DNA from: an uncultured virus (IMG/VR IMGVR_UViG_3300035214_000047)
Taxonomy: Duplodnaviria; Heunggongvirae; Uroviricota; Caudoviricetes
DNA: 20,000 nt
IMG/VR virus record: IMGVR_UViG_3300035214_000047
Reading direction: 5' to 3' (one strand)
Position 1 is the stretch's first letter, and every line of letters starts with the position of its first letter. A model generated the notes under the pieces. It made no database searches. It saw only the letters and a program-made list of their open reading frames with translations, and was not told the origin of the DNA. Positions 9,381 through 17,049 of this stretch are shown here, piece by piece. Made by a program: the position numbers and the translations under genes.

Positions 9381-11936
9381 TTATACGGTTGAGTCAAAAG
9401 TTGATATACCACTACTAAATTTTGTACTTGTATTACTGAATTTACCTTGAGGTATTAATACTTCAGCAGGTAATGTAATATATGTCTTTGCAATAGTAGT
9501 TAAATCCCCATATTCAACAGCTGTTCCATCAGCAATTGTATTCGTTCCTATTACTTTTAATTCAGCTACTCTTGCCCAATTCATAGCACTTAAATTCATC
9601 ATACCTTGGAATCGTGTATTAAATTCTTTTAATCTAGGACCAGCATATACAGACCCAAAATTTGTATGAACCGTTCTGAAATAATAGAAAGGTTTAAACT
9701 GAAAGCTAAATTGCATTGGAGATTGTGTTAAGGTAATATCTCTAGTTGTTGTAGAGAAAGGAGATTTAGAACCTTGTACAACATCACCAGCAACTCCAAA
9801 ATGAGGATTAGCTCTTAATGATGTACCATCAGTTGTTGTTCCTAATCTTCTACCAAATACACTTCCAAATAGTGTGTTCATTAATGAAATAAATGGACTT
9901 GTTGAAATTCCAGTAACTCTTCCAACAACAGGCATATTAATTTGTGCGTCTATTCTACTTTCAATATTAACTTGTCCTGTAAAGTAAAAACCAGCAGGGT
10001 GCATAGTCTTTTTAAATGCGTCTCGCCATTCATCAATAGTACGACCCACTTTAACAACATAAGAAAAGTCCTGATAGTATAAACTATCTTGTACCTTCAT
10101 TGTTGTTTCTGATAAGTGTCCGTCTTCTGAAATATATTTACCTTCACTTGTTGCTAATCCAACAACATCAATCGTTGCAGTACCTGGATCCGATTTACCC
10201 ATTAAACCAGTTGTACCTGAAGTACCACCAGTCAAAGTTTCATTTAAAGTAAATGCAGTAGCATTTCTATTTTTTAATCTTAATAATTTTCTATCATTAT
10301 CCCAACTTACTACAACACCAGTTGCACTAGAAGAAGAACCTGTAACCGTTTCAGTTGCAACATAACTTCCGTTTGATTGTAATACAACTATTGATTCTAT
10401 AAGTGAAACCGTTGGAGGTGTTGGTGCTGTTTCGTGTGAGCGACCACTTTCTACTATAGTAACTCCTAATAAATTTCCAATTCCATCTCCGTATGTAAGT
10501 AATTCAGCGTTAACACCATTTGTACTTGTAATAGTAGCTGTAGGTGTTGTTGTATAACCAGAACCACCACTAATTAATCTTATGTCTGTAATATCTCCTA
10601 GTCCAGTTTCTAAAGCAATTTTATTACCTGGGCTAATATCGTGTGTGCTTGTTGCAGTTTCATAAACAATATGTCCATCGGTTCCTGTTTCGTTACCAAT
10701 GGCACCATTAACAACAGCAATTTCAGCAACGGCACCACCACCATTTGTATTTGCATTACTAAAAACTATTGGGTCACCTATTTGATATTGTGTACCAGAA
10801 GCGTTTATATAAAAATCTGTTATTGGTCCACTTCCAATTTCTCCAACTTGACAAATAGAAGCTTGACCACCACCTACTAAACTAACATTGTCTCCAATTT
10901 TAAAATGTGAACCATTATTTGTAATTGTAAATGTTCCAGGAACACCTGTAACCGTTGCCTTAATATAAATGTCATCTGTATCTGTAGCAGTACCTCTAAT
11001 TGTTTCACCAACTTGAAAAGTTCCTACTATATTGTCTTCATTTAATAATAATTCTGATACAAGTTGGTCACCAATTTGGAATCTATTTAAGTTTTCTACA
11101 ACAGCAGTTGTATTAGAAGTTAAACCTGTAATTGTTCTTCCAACTAATTGTCCTGTATTACCAACACTATTAATTGTTCTTAAAACTTTATTAGAAGTAA
11201 ACTCTCCATCTGATACTCTTAACATTTGTTCTTTTGGATAAAAGATTTCGGAGTTTTCACCAAACAATAATCTAAAAAATAATTCGTGTCCTTTTGCAGT
11301 ACCTTTAGTACGATATAAAGTTTTAACTCTTTTAATTAATTCTCTTTTGTTAACACTATCGTGTAAGTCTTCTGGTATTGTGTTTAAAACTTCGTTTCTA
11401 AATTGAGATAAGAAATGTTGTATAACTTTATCAGGATCCCTAAAGTTTAACAAATCTTGTATATGTTTTACTGGATTAGGTCTATAAGTTCCTGCAACAC
11501 CTGACGCACCAGAAACTAATCCAACAATTGTTTCACCTTTTATAAAACTATCATTTGCATTTATGAATAATCTATTAGTTGCTAAGTCTTCTGCTAATAT
11601 AGCAGTTTCGGCATTAGAAGTTTGACCTTTTATTATTTCACCTTGCGTGAATTTTCCATAAGTAGAACTTTCTTGTAATATTTTATTACCAGCGTCTATT
11701 TGAGTTGCTTCTGAACCAAGTCTACTTGCGTCTAACAATAAATTGTTAGCTTGACCTGTTTCTGTTTCTAATAAAATACCTTCAGTAGATTCTGATTCAA
11801 TAATACCTAATTCAGCAGATTCCATAAAAGTGAAATATGCTTTTATAAATTCTACAAATTTAGGATGTTCTGATAGTACAAATTCAGGTACCTGACCTTG
11901 AATAAGACTGGTAATCTTTTTAGTAAACTTTGCCAT
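9381..11936 (-). CDS. gp7: Baseplate wedge initiator, T4 gp7-like, 851 aa
   Basis: 'ITSLIQGQVPEFVLSEHPKFVEFIKAYF.FME', 'LIKRVKTLYRTKGT.KGHELFFRLLFGE..EIFYPK..MLRVSDG' and 'YISEDGHLS...KVQDSLYYQDFSYVVK.....EWRD.FKK.MHPAGF'; directly follows gp6. Confidence 0.8.
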   Translation of the reverse strand: MAKFTKKITSLIQGQVPEFVLSEHPKFVEFIKAYFTFMESAELGIIESESTEGILLETETGQANNLLLDASRLGSEATQIDAGNKILQESSTYGKFTQGEIIKGQTSNAETAILAEDLATNRLFINANDSFIKGETIVGLVSGASGVAGTYRPNPVKHIQDLLNFRDPDKVIQHFLSQFRNEVLNTIPEDLHDSVNKRELIKRVKTLYRTKGTAKGHELFFRLLFGENSEIFYPKEQMLRVSDGEFTSNKVLRTINSVGNTGQLVGRTITGLTSNTTAVVENLNRFQIGDQLVSELLLNEDNIVGTFQVGETIRGTATDTDDIYIKATVTGVPGTFTITNNGSHFKIGDNVSLVGGGQASICQVGEIGSGPITDFYINASGTQYQIGDPIVFSNANTNGGGAVAEIAVVNGAIGNETGTDGHIVYETATSTHDISPGNKIALETGLGDITDIRLISGGSGYTTTPTATITSTNGVNAELLTYGDGIGNLLGVTIVESGRSHETAPTPPTVSLIESIVVLQSNGSYVATETVTGSSSSATGVVVSWDNDRKLLRLKNRNATAFTLNETLTGGTSGTTGLMGKSDPGTATIDVVGLATSEGKYISEDGHLSETTMKVQDSLYYQDFSYVVKVGRTIDEWRDAFKKTMHPAGFYFTGQVNIESRIDAQINMPVVGRVTGISTSPFISLMNTLFGSVFGRRLGTTTDGTSLRANPHFGVAGDVVQGSKSPFSTTTRDITLTQSPMQFSFQFKPFYYFRTVHTNFGSVYAGPRLKEFNTRFQGMMNLSAMNWARVAELKVIGTNTIADGTAVEYGDLTTIAKTYITLPAEVLIPQGKFSNTSTKFSSGISTFDSTV

Positions 11937-11939
11937 TGG

Positions 11940-13793
11940 TTAGTAAGCACTTGTTGTAGTATAGCCAACTCCAGCGTCTGAACTTCCTGCGACAAAAGTA
12001 TCTTTTTCAACCGTAATAATTGAATTAGCAATATCTAATTCTAAAATTTGGTCTCTAACTGGTACAATGTCTTTTGAAGCTGGTTGGACGGTTAATTCTA
12101 TAATAGTTGAAGCGCTCCCTCTTATATTTGAAATTGTTGTCACCTGTAATGAATTAATTGTTATAGCACCTGTCGTATAATCTATTGTACCTTGTGTTGA
12201 GTTTGAGTAAACTCTTGTTGCACCAGAAAGATAATATGTTCTTATAATTCCATTACCATCATCATCTAAAAAATGTTCACTAGTACTACCTTCTATTTTA
12301 AAACCTGTTGAACTTAAAATACCACCACCAACAGCATTATGTCCGCTATGTGGATTATATAATGCGTTTCTAAAATAAACATTATATTTTAATGAACTAT
12401 TTAAAGTAGGAGTTAAACTTTTTCTTATTTTTAAAGTTGTTATGTTTGATAAAATTGAACTATCAACATCATCAACTAATCTAGTAACTTTACTATGTCT
12501 GAATATACTATCAAATCTTTGTAGTGTGCTTGTATTGTAATTATTCAATGAAGCTATAATATTTGCTTTAATTGTTTCAGCAGTTTTAATAGTTGCTGAA
12601 GTATTATATTTTGCAGTTGTAGATAATAGAATACTTGTTGTTTCTGGATCCACAATTACTGGAGTTACCGAAGCAACATTATATTCTTTTAATTTAGAAA
12701 CAATATCTGCTTTTGTTTGAGTAGTTAAAGTAGAACCACTAGCAGCTTTAATTGCAATTTTAACAATACCATAAACTGGTGTCTCATCATCTTCACCACC
12801 CCAAGCACTTACAACTAAAGCGTTTGGATATATAGATAAAACTTTTGTTTCGTAATCAGAAGTAGTTACCGCTCTATCTTGTGCTTGATATTGTAAAGGA
12901 GCATTAAATCTAATACTCTCTTTCAATTCTGGTTCACTACCACCTTGCGATACCGAAGAAGTTGTAACCGTAATGTTTGAAAAGAGTCCAATATTACCTG
13001 CAGGTGTAAATATATTTGCACCATTTGATTCTGCTTTGTTAGTAACAATATATTCCATTATAACAATGTTACCTTGCTTTAATTTTTTACCAAGTAAACC
13101 ATCACCAAAAGTTAAACAAAACTTACCTGTTTCTGTTTCACTTAAAAAGTAAATTGCAGATTCATCATTTAGTTTTGTTAAACCTGTAACCGCACTAAAG
13201 ATTTCAGAAGATGTATCTGATAAACTTGTTTGAACTTTTATTTTTAAAGTTGTTACATCAGCGTTTGTACTAGGTATATAAAATTTTTGGTCTGGGTCTT
13301 GCGTATCTACCGTATATCTAAAAGTAATTGGTGTACCTTCATATAAAGTTGTATTAGAAAATTTAAATACGCCGTCAATAGGTGTAATTGTTAAATCTTC
13401 ATTGGTAACATAATTGTAAGCAGTACCATCTACAGAAGTTGTAAATGTTTGTCCTTTGTTCATTGTTAAAGTTGTTCCTGTTGCGTCATTAACAACAATG
13501 TCAACTGAAGCAGTTGCTGCTTTTGCTGACGAAGGAGTATAACCTAACATTTTAGCAAGTGAAACTATATTTGCTCTTACATCAGCGGAGTCCAAATACA
13601 TTTCATTTGCTAGCATATTTGCATTGAAACCAAGGTAGTGTGTATTGTAAGCAAGTAGGTCTAAAAGAACAGCAAACCCAGAACCTTCAAAATTGTAATC
13701 TGAAAATTCTGCTTGACCTTGTAAAAATGTTTTTAGATTTAGTTTTATTAAATCAAAGTCTAATTCTGAAATATCTAGTTTTGTACTTGCCAT
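11940..13793 (-). CDS. gp6: Baseplate wedge subunit, T4 gp6-like
   Basis: 'LDFDLIKLNLKTFLQGQAEFSDYNFEGSG..VLLDLLAYNTHY..FNANMLANE.YLDSA..R..IVSLAK.LGYTP', 'ESIRFNAP..YQAQDRAVT..DY' and 'WGGE' are hallmark gp6 motifs. Confidence 0.93.
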   Translation of the reverse strand: MASTKLDISELDFDLIKLNLKTFLQGQAEFSDYNFEGSGFAVLLDLLAYNTHYLGFNANMLANEMYLDSADVRANIVSLAKMLGYTPSSAKAATASVDIVVNDATGTTLTMNKGQTFTTSVDGTAYNYVTNEDLTITPIDGVFKFSNTTLYEGTPITFRYTVDTQDPDQKFYIPSTNADVTTLKIKVQTSLSDTSSEIFSAVTGLTKLNDESAIYFLSETETGKFCLTFGDGLLGKKLKQGNIVIMEYIVTNKAESNGANIFTPAGNIGLFSNITVTTSSVSQGGSEPELKESIRFNAPLQYQAQDRAVTTSDYETKVLSIYPNALVVSAWGGEDDETPVYGIVKIAIKAASGSTLTTQTKADIVSKLKEYNVASVTPVIVDPETTSILLSTTAKYNTSATIKTAETIKANIIASLNNYNTSTLQRFDSIFRHSKVTRLVDDVDSSILSNITTLKIRKSLTPTLNSSLKYNVYFRNALYNPHSGHNAVGGGILSSTGFKIEGSTSEHFLDDDGNGIIRTYYLSGATRVYSNSTQGTIDYTTGAITINSLQVTTISNIRGSASTIIELTVQPASKDIVPVRDQILELDIANSIITVEKDTFVAGSSDAGVGYTTTSAY

Positions 13794-13802
13794 TTAATTA
13801 TC

Positions 13803-14036
13803 CTATTGTGCGTCATAGTAAGTTTTTGATAACTCACCACGCTCTTTTGTTTCGCCTTTTTTTCTACTTCTTATATAAACTGCTACCGTTGAACTATCAG
13901 TCTTGGTAAATGTTCTTATACCACTAGCGATTACTGAATTAGCACCGTCAGCTGAATCTGGATATGTATGTGCTATAGTGGCAGTATTTTCATATTGCCA
14001 AACACTATTTGATCCTGGTACATCTACCCACGCCAT
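13803..14036 (-). CDS. Hypothetical protein (77 aa) between gp25 and gp6
   Basis: Fills the gap exactly: starts 1 nt after the gp25 stop and ends 9 nt before gp6. Plausible composition. Confidence 0.7.
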   Translation of the reverse strand: MAWVDVPGSNSVWQYENTATIAHTYPDSADGANSVIASGIRTFTKTDSSTVAVYIRSRKKGETKERGELSKTYYDAQ

Positions 14037-14037
14037 T

Positions 14038-14463
14038 TTATCTTAACCTTTGTAAAAATGTTTCTACTACTATTGGTGTTTGTATGCCTACAACATAAAA
14101 ACTAATTTGTAAGTGATACCTGTTACTATCAATGTCTGGAGTTGCAATAACATTTACTATTTTTGCTCTAGGTTCAAAGTTTACTAAAACTTCTATTACT
14201 TTTCGTTCCAGATTTAATGCAGTAAGAGGTGTCATATTTTCAAATAACAATGCTCTTACATCACTCCCTATTTCGGGATGAAATGCTCTCTCATAATGAT
14301 TTGTTTGTATTAAATTCTTTACACTTCGTTTTACAGCGTCTACATCACTCAATCCAACAACATCTGAAGTAACTGGGTTTCGTGTGAAGTCCAAGTCTAA
14401 ATCAGAATATATCCGATTAACTCTTTTCTTATTAGTTGAATTTTTTGAATCGTAAAATGCCAT
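14038..14463 (-). CDS. gp25: Baseplate wedge subunit, T4 gp25-like (GPW/gp25 family)
   Basis: 'YSDLDLDF..NPVT.DV....DVDAVKRSVKNLIQTNHYER.FHPEIGS.VR.LLFE...EPRA'. Confidence 0.93.
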   Translation of the reverse strand: MAFYDSKNSTNKKRVNRIYSDLDLDFTRNPVTSDVVGLSDVDAVKRSVKNLIQTNHYERAFHPEIGSDVRALLFENMTPLTALNLERKVIEVLVNFEPRAKIVNVIATPDIDSNRYHLQISFYVVGIQTPIVVETFLQRLR

Positions 14464-14471
14464 AACACTAA

Positions 14472-14479
14472 TATTTATA
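14472..14479 (-). promoter_or_regulatory. T4-type late promoter TATAAATA, 8 nt upstream of the gp25 ATG
   Basis: + strand tatttata at 14472-14479. Confidence 0.85.
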
Positions 14480-14491
14480 CTCTATTTCCTA

Positions 14492-14779
14492 TCAACCAGC
14501 AAAGACATTTGTAGAACCTTCTGCCACAGAAGTACATCCTTTTACAGCGTCACCTACTCTACCACAACCTTTAGTATTAATGAATACCGAAGTACTACCA
14601 ACCTCTATTGGAGCTTTGTGTGAAGGACAAGGTACACCTGGTAACAAGTGACCTGTGTTATTGTCACCTTCTCTACTAACTGCTATACCATTGCAAAAGA
14701 CATCTGGACTACCTTCATCCCTTTTTGGTAACGAACAATGGGTAACATCATCATCACCTATCCTAGTAACTGCTGGCAT
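14492..14779 (-). CDS. PAAR-repeat spike tip protein (T4 gp5.4-like)
   Basis: Three PAAR-type repeats (PAVTRIGD, IAVSREGD, KGCGRVGD), 'GS..VF.NG' motifs and His/Cys metal ligands; 95 aa. Confidence 0.9.
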   Translation of the reverse strand: MPAVTRIGDDDVTHCSLPKRDEGSPDVFCNGIAVSREGDNNTGHLLPGVPCPSHKAPIEVGSTSVFINTKGCGRVGDAVKGCTSVAEGSTNVFAG

Positions 14780-14967
14780 TCTCTCTCCATTAATTGATTT
14801 AGTTTACTTACAAAAGTTGCTATGTAGTTATGTTGTTCTTCTGTATGAGGTTGTGTTGGATAATTCGGTTTAAATGATATTACAGCACCTATTTTTTCAG
14901 GTACATCATTGAAATTATTATAAGTCAAAACTAAATTACCAATTTTTACTTTAAATTCACCTTCCAT
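14758..14967 (-). CDS. Conserved hypothetical phage protein upstream of PAAR (69 aa)
   Basis: GAGAGG RBS, overlap with the PAAR start and a late-promoter-like site upstream. The 'F.P..P..PHTEEQH' motif is recalled from PAAR-adjacent proteins of marine T4-like phages. Confidence 0.7.
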   Translation of the reverse strand: MEGEFKVKIGNLVLTYNNFNDVPEKIGAVISFKPNYPTQPHTEEQHNYIATFVSKLNQLMERECQQLLG

Positions 14968-14990
14968 TATTTTTGCCTCTCTTTTTATTA

Positions 14991-14998
14991 TATTTATT
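14991..14998 (-). promoter_or_regulatory. Variant late promoter AATAAATA heading the PAAR/baseplate operon
   Basis: + strand tatttatt at 14991-14998; one mismatch to TATAAATA; intergenic. Confidence 0.55.
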
Positions 14999-15005
14999 AA
15001 ATTTT

Positions 15006-15215
15006 TTAAAAATTACATTTAAATTGTAAAGTTTTTCTTGCTTCATTTAGAGATTTTAATAAATTTTTCTTGGAAACCGAATCTACTTCACCTGGTTCTC
15101 TTAAATCGGGAAAAAACTTGCAATTATGCACATTTTTAACACAACTAGAGAACAAAAATAGAACAAATAGTAAAAAAAGTGTTGATTTTATTGATTTTTT
15201 TGTAATTTTGTTCAT
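15006..15215 (-). CDS. Putative small lipoprotein (69 aa)
   Basis: Basic N-terminus (MNKITKKSIK), hydrophobic stretch LFLLFVLFLF, lipobox-like FSS-C and two further Cys. No clear RBS, and it overlaps the regulatory region. Confidence 0.5.
   Translation of the reverse strand: MNKITKKSIKSTLFLLFVLFLFSSCVKNVHNCKFFPDLREPGEVDSVSKKNLLKSLNEARKTLQFKCNF
15150..15164. promoter_or_regulatory. GAAC-N7-GAAC direct repeat matching the alphaproteobacterial LexA (SOS) box
   Basis: gaac-aaaaata-gaac at 15150-15164 (GTTC-N7-GTTC on the - strand), about 60 nt upstream of the -35 of the + strand promoter. Confidence 0.45.
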
Positions 15216-15222
15216 TTTTTGC

Positions 15223-15251
15223 TTGACAATGGTTGAAATTTATGGTATTAT
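15223..15251 (+). promoter_or_regulatory. Sigma70-type (early) promoter TTGACA-17-TATTAT with extended -10 TG
   Basis: TTGACA at 15223-15228, 17-nt spacer ending tgg, TATTAT at 15246-15251, and a T-rich UP-like region upstream. Heads the + strand island. Confidence 0.85.
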
Positions 15252-15262
15252 GTATGTATATT

Positions 15263-15349
15263 ATGAAGAAAAAAATTAAAGGATTATTTTTTGTATTTTT
15301 TGGTATATATTTTTATATATGGGCATTAATTAATCCCTTTTTAAACTAA
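15263..15349 (+). CDS. Micro-membrane protein, 28 aa (MKKKIKGLFFVFFGIYFYIWALINPFLN)
   Basis: First ATG after the predicted transcription start. Basic N-terminus plus one TM segment; stop lies just before the RBS of the next gene. Not in the ORF track. Confidence 0.55.
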   Translation: MKKKIKGLFFVFFGIYFYIWALINPFLN

Positions 15350-15361
15350 AAAAGGAATACT

Positions 15362-15646
15362 ATGAAAAAAGAGAAAAACTATTTTTTGGAAAAGAAACAT
15401 TTTTATGTTTCTGAATTAAATATGGGTATTGACGGATTAGAATCTGTTTCTGATTATCACGGACCATATAACACTTTGAAAAGTGCCCAAAACGCATTTA
15501 AAAAGTATGTAATTAATGATAAATTTTTAAATCATTGGGATTACGCAATTAGAGGACCTAATCATACGCCTAAAAGTATATTACCTCACATTACGCCTAC
15601 TAAAACAATTTGGTATGCTGATGGAACATTAAAAAAGTACAATTAA
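15362..15646 (+). CDS. Hypothetical protein (94 aa)
   Basis: AAGGA RBS; part of the + strand operon; no recognisable motif. Confidence 0.7.
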   Translation: MKKEKNYFLEKKHFYVSELNMGIDGLESVSDYHGPYNTLKSAQNAFKKYVINDKFLNHWDYAIRGPNHTPKSILPHITPTKTIWYADGTLKKYN

Positions 15647-15662
15647 GAAAAGGAAAAACACT

Positions 15663-15959
15663 ATGTTAAAAAAATACACTAGATATTATGTTTATTATAA
15701 TACTTGGGCATTAAAACTTGCAAATAAAGTTTTTGATGTTAATAGAGTTATAAACAAATTAAAAAAATGTGGAGTTGATTTTACTAATATGAAAGTTAAC
15801 AAATATAATGGTATAGATAAATTTTCTACATTTAGTTTTGATACAACTACACCTGATAAAGTTGATTTTTATTTATGGTATTCAAAACATAATAGTAAAA
15901 AATTTGGACACAGATATTGCTATTTTGATAGTATGGATTCTAAATCTCTTCCATTTTAA
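15663..15959 (+). CDS. Hypothetical protein (98 aa, Lys/Tyr-rich)
   Basis: AAGGA RBS; operon position. Confidence 0.65.
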   Translation: MLKKYTRYYVYYNTWALKLANKVFDVNRVINKLKKCGVDFTNMKVNKYNGIDKFSTFSFDTTTPDKVDFYLWYSKHNSKKFGHRYCYFDSMDSKSLPF

Positions 15960-16006
15960 ATAAATTATGTAAATTATATAAACAACTCAACAAAAAGGAG
16001 AATAAT

Positions 16007-16252
16007 ATGATACCAAATGCAAAACTAGAAAAAATGTCAACTATGCAGTTGAACGATTTAGTTGCTAACATTGAATCAATCAAAAAACAAAAACTTTTAA
16101 ATGAACTTAAAATAGGTTCAAAGGTTTATGTTGTACAAAAGACTAAAAAAACACCTGGCGTTATTACAAAGATAATGCAATCAAAGTGTTTAGTTGATTT
16201 AAGTGGTAAAATATATAGAGTATCAATGTCAATGTTAGAAGTGGACGCTTAA
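16007..16252 (+). CDS. Hypothetical protein, probable SH3/KOW-like beta-barrel (81 aa)
   Basis: AAGGAG RBS. N-terminal helix then 'LKIGSKVYVVQKTKKTPGVITKIMQSKCLVDL.GKIYRVSMSML', an SH3-like strand pattern. Confidence 0.75.
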   Translation: MIPNAKLEKMSTMQLNDLVANIESIKKQKLLNELKIGSKVYVVQKTKKTPGVITKIMQSKCLVDLSGKIYRVSMSMLEVDA

Positions 16253-16332
16253 TGATAACTTCATTTTTTATATTAATGTTATCTATGTTTGTGGTAATAT
16301 TTGTATTAAATAAATTTTTATTAGTTAGATGA
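16252..16332 (+). CDS. Micro-membrane protein, 26 aa (MITSFFILMLSMFVVIFVLNKFLLVR)
   Basis: TAATG stop/start overlap with the previous gene; hydrophobic; converges on and overlaps the nfu stop by 12 nt. Confidence 0.45.
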   Translation: MITSFFILMLSMFVVIFVLNKFLLVR

Positions 16333-16644
16333 CATAGGCATATAAGGTGAATAACCTTGTTCCTCAGATTTTTTATCATCTTCACTTTCAATTGTATGTA
16401 CTTCAGGTACATAATGTTTCATCATACTTTCAACTCCCTGCTTTAATGTAAGTTGAGACATAGCACAACCACTACAAGCTCCTGCCATCATTAATTTAAG
16501 TACACCTTTATCATAAGAGATATATTCTATCTTACCATTATGAGCTGCTACTGATGGAGCTACTTTATCTTCTAATATAAGTTTAATATTCTCTATAATA
16601 TCTTCGGTGCTTCTTGCTTTACCTAACTCTATATTGTTATCCAT
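16321..16644 (-). CDS. nfuA: Nfu/NifU C-terminal domain Fe-S cluster carrier protein
   Basis: 'ILEDKVAPSVAAHNGKIEYISYDKGVLKLMMAGACSGCAMSQLTLKQGVESMMKHYVPEV' is the NifU-C domain with the CxxC (CSGC) cluster ligands; stand-alone domain. Confidence 0.92.
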   Translation of the reverse strand: MDNNIELGKARSTEDIIENIKLILEDKVAPSVAAHNGKIEYISYDKGVLKLMMAGACSGCAMSQLTLKQGVESMMKHYVPEVHTIESEDDKKSEEQGYSPYMPMSSN

Positions 16645-16714
16645 ATACTATTAATGCTATGACAAATATTACAAATAATGTTCCCATATAGATTTTAAAT
16701 TGTTTCTTATTCAC
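16637..16714 (-). CDS. Micro-membrane protein, 25 aa (MNKKQFKIYMGTLFVIFVIALIVYG)
   Basis: GTG start overlaps the TAG of the upstream ORF; its stop overlaps the nfu start (ATGGATAA); basic N-terminus plus TM segment. Confidence 0.5.
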   Translation of the reverse strand: MNKKQFKIYMGTLFVIFVIALIVYG

Positions 16715-16821
16715 TAAACTAATATCCATATAACTACTAATAAGACTACAACATATGCTGGTACTTGTTTATGTAATACCCAATCTGTCGCACACTTAAT
16801 TTGTTTTTTTATATCTTCCAT
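16714..16821 (-). CDS. Micro-membrane protein, 35 aa (MEDIKKQIKCATDWVLHKQVPAYVVVLLVVIWILV)
   Basis: Strong TAAGGAG RBS 5 nt before the ATG; C-terminal TM segment. Confidence 0.7.
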   Translation of the reverse strand: MEDIKKQIKCATDWVLHKQVPAYVVVLLVVIWILV

Positions 16822-16836
16822 AACTTCTCCTTATTG

Positions 16837-17049
16837 TTAGTTTTTACCAAAATCAAAAGGACCTCTATTAGTTTTATTTGTACTACTCAATCCTCTGAAT
16901 ATTGATTTTTCTTCTTTCTTCTTCTTTTTCTTTGGCATAGATATTACCGTAGTATCCTTTGTCATCCAAGGATCGGCTTTCTTCATTGCCTTCATCTTTC
17001 TTTCATTATATTGTTCTTCTGTTATTAAATCACCAAAACTACGACTCAT
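16837..17049 (-). CDS. Hypothetical basic protein (70 aa)
   Basis: Start overlaps the oxygenase 3' end with an AAGGA RBS; poly-Lys tract; probably disordered. Confidence 0.65.
   Translation of the reverse strand: MSRSFGDLITEEQYNERKMKAMKKADPWMTKDTTVISMPKKKKKKEEKSIFRGLSSTNKTNRGPFDFGKN

Noticed and set aside
9381..14779. Bacterial T6SS, tailocin or extracellular contractile injection system interpretation of PAAR/gp25/gp6
   Set aside because: The T4-specific gp6/gp7/gp8 sequences, the VrlC-like protein and gp55-type late promoters indicate a T4-like phage.
205..14873. Short + strand ORFs in the track (205-387, 1685-1960, 2104-2325, 6357-6545, 7628-7867, 8731-8955, 9253-9450, 10641-10880, 11032-11241, 13640-13909, 14655-14873)
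   Set aside because: They are antisense shadows of well-supported structural genes, with no RBS or promoter support and implausible composition.
15070..15279. 69-aa + strand ORF
   Set aside because: It runs through the promoter itself and has no RBS. The 28-aa ORF at 15263 fits the promoter better.
16164..16412. 82-aa - strand ORF
   Set aside because: It overlaps nfu out of frame and is antisense to the RBS-supported 81-aa gene.
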